This document shows, in pieces, positions 57,252 to 64,000 of a DNA stretch of 64,000 nucleotides (position 1 is the first letter of the stretch; each line of letters starts with the position of its first letter). The translations under genes and the position numbers were made by a program. The notes under the pieces were generated by a model that was not told where the DNA came from, did no database searches, and saw only the letters and a list, made by a program, of their open reading frames with translations. Origin of the DNA: Neocallimastix sp. 'constans' (taxonomy: Eukaryota); assembly GCA_050613775.1 (NCBI GenBank), contig JBODTK010000010.1:310001-374000 (forward strand), read 5' to 3'.

Positions 57252-60124
57252 TTTAAAAATGATTTAAAAATTAATTAATTAAATTAAATCGTGCAATGTT
57301 CAATTATTTTACTTTATTTATTATTATTTTTTACTATTTATTTTTTTTTTTTTTATTTTCCAATATTATTTTTTACTATTTATTTTTTTTTTTTATTTTC
57401 CAATAACTTTTTCTTTTTTGGAAAATATATATAGCTTTTTTATTTAGCTTTAAATAAATTTTGTACATTGCTTCTTTTTATATTTTTAAATTTTTTAAAT
57501 AATTACCGCAATTAAAAAATTATAAACTAAAATTAATATATATATATATATAAATGGTAATAACAAAATTTCATTTTATTTGCAATTTCATTGAAAATCT
57601 TATATACATCATATATAAGATTTTTATAATAAATAACCTTTTTGATTACAAAAAAAATTTTTAAAATCTTTATAATATTCATATTTTTCGTAATAACAAA
57701 TCAAAGTTTAACATATTATTAGTATTAGTATTTATTATATTAATGTTACACTACATCAAATAAATAACAAAAAAAAAAAAAAATTTTAAAAATAGGACGA
57801 CCAATAAAAAAAAAATATACAATTATTTTTTATTAATAAATTAATATTAACTAGAAAATAATTTATACATAATAAATTCTTTTCTAAAAAGTAATAACTT
57901 ATTTAATAGATTATTAGAAATGATTTATGTAATTATATCTCATTATTTGTTTATCATTTAAATAGTCTTTATATTTATTCAAGTGATATGTGTAATGTAT
58001 TAACACTCATTATGGGAGAAATTTTCAATATATTAAATAATTATTAATATTTAATAAAATTTTTTTAATTTTTTTTATAGAACATGTTTATTATGTAAAA
58101 TCTTCTTTATTCCATTATATGTTAAAGAATTAATAATTATAAATATTAATATTAAAATAAAAAGAATATTTAAATTTAATAAGAAAGTGTTATACTATTT
58201 TATGATATTTATGATATAAATAAAGTCTAATATAATAATTAAAATGATTTACATATATATTTATAATAATTTTTTATTAATATTTATACTCATAAAATAA
58301 AATAAATATGATAAAATATAAAAAAAAAAAAAAAAAATAAAATAAAATAACAATAATAATATATAAACAAAATATAAATTGAACAAAACGTTCTCCAGAT
58401 TTTTCGATATAACTTATAATTAGTAATAATTTTATTAAATACTCAAAAGATGTTACACCTATTTATTTTATATCAAGGTTTTTGTATATAATACATATAA
58501 TACAAGCATAAATATTTAATATATTTATTATCTCTATTATTAAATTTTTATATTTATTAAAGTTTTTATTTATATATACTTAATTTAAAAGGAATGTAAA
58601 GATAATTATAAAATTTTAATTTAAATTATAAAACATGTATAGATGATTTAAAAAAAATAAATATAAATTATTTGACATAACTTATTATTTCAATTAAATA
58701 AATCAATACTCAATTACTAGTATTACAAAATAAAATAATAATTTATAATAATATAAAAAAATAATAGTTCTAAAATACTTTTTTAAATTGCTTTTTTTTT
58801 ATTTGTTGTTGTTATTCCATAAATAATAACGAAGAAACATTACTAAAATGAAATAATAATAATAATAATAAAAAAAAAATGACAAGATATAATATTTTGA
58901 AGTTACTTTTTTTTCTTAAGCTAATATATATATATATATATTTAATATAAATTTTTTATGTTTATAGTTTATTTTATATATCTTTTTTTTTTTTTTTTTT
59001 TTTTTTTTTGTTATGCATATATTATTAATAAACGAATATATAAATATATTAATTATTATAAATAGGATTTTTATTATATATGAAATTAATATTCAATACT
59101 ATTAAATATTAAATTTTATTAGTTTTATTATTGATTAATAAAATGATATAAAGATATATTCTAACAGAGGATCTCAGTACCATTCCAAGAGTTAAATAAA
59201 AATTTAATAGAAATTGATGTTAATAAATTATAAATATGTATATATATATATATATATCAGACATCGTTATTAATGTAATATCATTTAATTCAACACATTT
59301 CTTCTTAACAATAGATAGAGATGTTTAAGAAAAAATATTAATAAAAATTTTAAATTCAGAAATAAACATCAAAAAAAAAAAAAAAAAAAAAAAAAAAATT
59401 ATATATATATTAATTAAATTTTTACCATTATGAATTCTTGTTTCATAAAATTTTTATGTTATTAATATATATATATATATTTAATTACATATATTTTAAG
59501 AAAAAAAAGTAAAATAAAATATATTTTAAATATAATAATAATTATTATAATTGTTTTCTTGATTTTTTCTTTTTTTTTTTTTATTTTTTACATATATTAT
59601 TGATTTTCATTAATCAATAGTATATTTATTTTATACTTTTTATTTTAAATAATAAGTTTTATAAATTATTGATTAACTTTATAAATTACATTAAAAAATG
59701 ATTATTTATTTAAACTATAATTAAAGAAATAAAAATTAAAACATAAATTTTTTATATAAAAAGTTACAAGTTATTAATATTTTAAATAGTTGCTTAGTTT
59801 AATGAACTATATTTAGTTATAACTATACATTTTAATTATAATTTTTATATAATATTTTTCTTCTGAAAATTGTTTATTATTATTATTTATTATCCGATTA
59901 AAGCTCTTCATCAACAGAATACAGGTTATTAACATAACTAAATGAATTGTCAGGATACATATTATCATAATTATTATCGATCGATTCCGGAAATCTATTA
60001 TTTATATATTCTGATTAATTCTTATTTAATGAAGATGAGAATGATTTTGGAGGTAAATATGGAATATTATTATCATTTTCTGTACTATAGCAGTCACCAT
60101 TTTCTTCACTATTAGGAATTGATG

Positions 60125-60498
60125 TTAATAATAAATAAAAGTTTACTAGCTTCAGAATCTACGATAGGAAAAGAACAAATCCTAATAATATTGATTGTAA
60201 GTGTTAGATTTTGGAATTATAATATATCTCACAAATGAATGTCAAAAAATTGTTTTTATGTAAGAGCCAATAATAAATGTTACCAAATAAAATATTCTTA
60301 TAAAGTGAATTTGGGGAATACATTGAAAAATTAACTAAAGTATTTTAAACAAGAAGAAATATTAGAGTATATTGAACAATTGAACAATTGAATTAGATGA
60401 AGGTAATAATACTATTAAAATTTCAACTTCTCCATCTATATTTTTTGTTCTTTTCCTATAGTAGATTTGGAAGTTAATAAATTTCTATTTATTATTAA
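60125..60498. repeat. Imperfect inverted repeat with about 55-bp arms (60125-60179 and 60444-60498)
   Basis: ttaataataaataaaagtttactagcttcagaatctacgataggaaaagaacaaa matches the reverse complement of the second arm, ttaataataaatagaaatttattaacttccaaatctactataggaaaagaacaaa. Confidence 0.75.
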
Positions 60499-61159
60499 TA
60501 GTCCTAATTCTAAACCTGATTCTGAGCACAAATAGTTTGACTTGATGTTAGTGATATTAATAAAAACTGGAAAAATATCTAATCCTGGAATTAATGAAAT
60601 GATTCTCACAAAGTCTCAATTAATGTATAGAAATATCTTCATATATAGAATATAAAGATATTTTATATTATAGTAAAAATTTTTCGCTTTTTTCTAAGTA
60701 TTACTTGATATATGATTGCAAATGAATGAAATATATTGAATCTATGAAAAATATATTACTCCTATGATATTGAATAGAAATAATGAGAATGATGATTCAT
60801 GAATTTTTCTATACAATATGAAAAAGGAAAGATGAAAAATGGATCGAGGTAACCTGAATATTTATGGAATGGAGTTGATTAAATGGTATTTAAATAAATT
60901 TTATTAAATTTTTAGTCTAACCGTAGACTTAAACAGAAATGTTTTTATAGATTTTACTAAGTCATTAAATGAATTTATAAATATTACGTGGATTGGAAAA
61001 ATTATTCTTTAGTTACGAATAAACATGAAAAATTTTGTAACATTGTAAAAAATATTTGAATATAATAATATTTTAGATATATTATAAACAATGTTTAGAT
61101 GAATGTTTCTAAATTGACATTAAAAATGAATTATTTAATAAAAGAGTAACACCTTTTAA

Positions 61160-61900
61160 ATTCCGAAGACTTTTGAAGAAGCTATGAATTCAGAAAATGT
61201 CAATATACGGAAAGATGCAATAAACAAAATATTAAAAAATTTATATGGAAATAACGTTATGAAGATTATGGGAAAACAAAACTATTTCAAAAGGCATTAA
61301 ACCACTCGATGTTAAATACGTTTTTACTATTAAAGAAATGAAATATATAAAGCAAGATTGGTAGTCAATAATTTTCGCCAAATTAAAGGAAATGATTACA
61401 CCTGTATCTATTCTCATATAATAGAAATGAATGGTTTTAGACCAATAATTGTTATTGAATCAATATTTATATAGAATTTAAGTCAAATTAATATTAAAGC
61501 TACTTTTTTGAGTGCTAATTTAGATTAAAAAATTTATGTTCAAATTTCAATCGGTGATAAAAACTTCAATTTCGGAAAATATGGATTAATACTAAAAGCT
61601 CTCTATGGACTCAAACAAGCTGGAAGACAGTGCTTTTACGAAATCTCCGGTTTTCTAAAGAAAAAATTGGTTTATTTCAGTATAATACAGATAATTATTT
61701 ATTTGGTAAATATAAAAATAATAAATTTTGCTTACAGCTTTATGTTGATGATATATTAATTGCAGGAGAAAATAAAGAAATTGTCATAATTGATTCAACG
61801 ATAAAGCATAACTATAAAGTTTCCACAGATAAAAGAGCAAACAAAACTATTAAATTATTATAATTAAAACTAATAAGGGCTTCAAAATTAATTAAAAGTA
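61160..61900 (+). mobile_element. Degenerate Ty1/copia reverse transcriptase relic
   Basis: Across frameshifts and stops: PKTFEEAMNS, YKARLVV, KALYGLKQAGRQ and LYVDDILIAG (RVT_2 motifs). No LTR pair identified. Confidence 0.88.
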
Positions 61901-62157
61901 TTGTAAAGTTAAATGTTACCAATAATGTTAGACATCATAGAAAAATGATTATAAATAACATAAATAACATAAAATGGCATATTCTTAAATGAATAGAAGA
62001 GAATAAATGAAATGTGGAGAGGCATACTGAAGTGTTGTGACTACCTTAATATTCCCAAGCCTTGAGGGGTGCTAAAAAGCAGTACAAACTGGAAGTTAAA
62101 AAAAAAAAAATTAAATGAATATGTCTTTCTTTTCTGATTTAAAGTGTTATGCTTAAC

Positions 62158-62215
62158 AATTATTATTATTGTTATTAATATTATAATTATAATTATTATA
62201 ATTATTATTATTATA

Positions 62216-62308
<93 letters not shown>

Positions 62309-62335
62309 GTTATTGTTGTTATTATTATTATTATA
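62158..62335. repeat. (ATT)n microsatellite
   Basis: Long trinucleotide run seen directly; similar runs occur at 15895-15985, 23556-23640 and 54954-55031. Confidence 0.9.
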
Positions 62336-63659
62336 TTAATATATAAATAATTAAATATAAATTATATATATTAATGTATTATAAATTTTTATTAATTTTA
62401 CCCATATATCCTAAATAATTTATATATATAAAGTATATATAATAAAGTATATAATATTATTTATTTATCTATTTATTTATTTATTTATTTATTTCTGTAT
62501 TAATCTAATTATTATTTATTACTAAATAAAATTTATCCAGAATTTATTAATAGAAAAACAACAAATCTACCGTATATATATTTAAAATTATAAGATTACT
62601 ATAAAAAAATATATTATTTCTATAGAAAAATTCAAATTTTATATTGATAATATATTTATTATAAAATATATAAAATATATTAAAATGTAATGTACTACAA
62701 TAAATTTTTTATTTTTGGATTTGGATATAACAAAAACTTTTCAAGTCAATTATCAAATATATTACAACATATATTTGCAATTTATATTATAATTAGAAAT
62801 AATTTATTTTATTATGTATTATTCATTTTATTATATACTGAATATAATTTATAAATCCGATTCTTTTTAAAATTAAAAAACAAAAAAAAAAATAAATAAA
62901 TAAATAATTGTTTAACAGATATTATATTAAATATATTATATCAAATATATTTTGTAATATATTGCAATATATTATATTTTTGTTTAATATTAAAAAAATG
63001 TTGACGTTTTACTTTCAAAATCAGTGCATTAAATATATAATCTACATATAGTATAAGTATATTACATAGAATTGTTTTTTATTTTATCTTTTAGTGACAT
63101 TATTATATCGATAAATATCTTTTAATATATAAAAATATATTGTTATATACATAGATTAAATTAGAATCCACAAATTATAATTTTTTATTATATAAAAAAT
63201 AATAAAATTCATATAATTTTTATGCAATTATCAACAAATTTTATTTATATTAATTATTAAATAATAAATAATAAATAATAAATAATAAATTATAAATAAT
63301 AAATTATAAATAATAAATAATTAATAATTAGTAAAATAAATAAATAATAACAAATATAATGAAAAAATAATAAATTATAAATATTTATATTATATCAACA
63401 AAAAAAAAAAGTATATATATTGAAATTCTTATGTGTGATATACTTATATAAAAAGTTACTCTAATGTTTTATATCTTTAATTTATATATAAAATTTATAA
63501 CTTATGAACTATTAATAAATTAAAAATATAGTCTCTCATTTATGATTTTTTTTTCTTCTATTAAAACTTCTTTTTGATTCTATATATTTAATTTTTTATT
63601 TATTTATTTATTTATCTACTTATTTAATTAATTAACTGTTTGTTTGATTATGTGTATAT

Positions 63660-63706
<47 letters not shown>

Positions 63707-64000
63707 TTTGACATATAAAAAAAGTATACTTTACCAAAAAAAATTTCCATATATATTAAAAATAACAGAAAAAAATAAATATTAAACAATACATATAATC
63801 AAATTAATATTAAATATAATAGAATATATTAATTTAAAAATTTGTATATAAATAAATAAAAAATGAATAAAAAAAATTTTTTTTTTATTCGCAATAGTAT
63901 AAATGGTATAAATTTTTTTTTTAAATAATGTAATAAACTTTTATTATAAAAAAACATAATTATTTATCGAATTGAATAAAAGAAAAAAATTATTATAAAT

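Noticed and set aside
62405..62414. Other ATATCCT-like words (also near 49572) as U12 donor sites
   Set aside because: They lack the following TT and are intergenic or inside an open exon, with no exon junction to explain.

Overview
Extremely AT-rich, intron-rich eukaryotic genomic DNA. Low GC, long A/T homopolymers in introns, Asn-rich ORFs and an intronless bacterial-type hydrolase suggest an anaerobic gut fungus (Neocallimastigomycota); that taxonomic call is inference. Eight protein-coding genes were assembled by hand with frame-consistent splice sites: casein kinase I, AP-2 beta-adaptin, BMS1, PP2A methylesterase PME-1, a TFIIS-N-domain protein, an oxalate--CoA ligase (PCS60/AAE3-like), a ~3,600-aa Asn-rich giant protein and a secreted alpha/beta hydrolase. 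Mobile DNA comprises an internally deleted Ty1/copia element with both LTRs, a cluster of decayed LINE copies and a copia RT relic. The most striking signal is a 411-nt AT-AC intron with the U12 (minor spliceosome) 5' consensus ATATCCTTT in the PME-1 gene, which is needed to keep the reading frame. No rRNA, tRNA or CRISPR array was seen.
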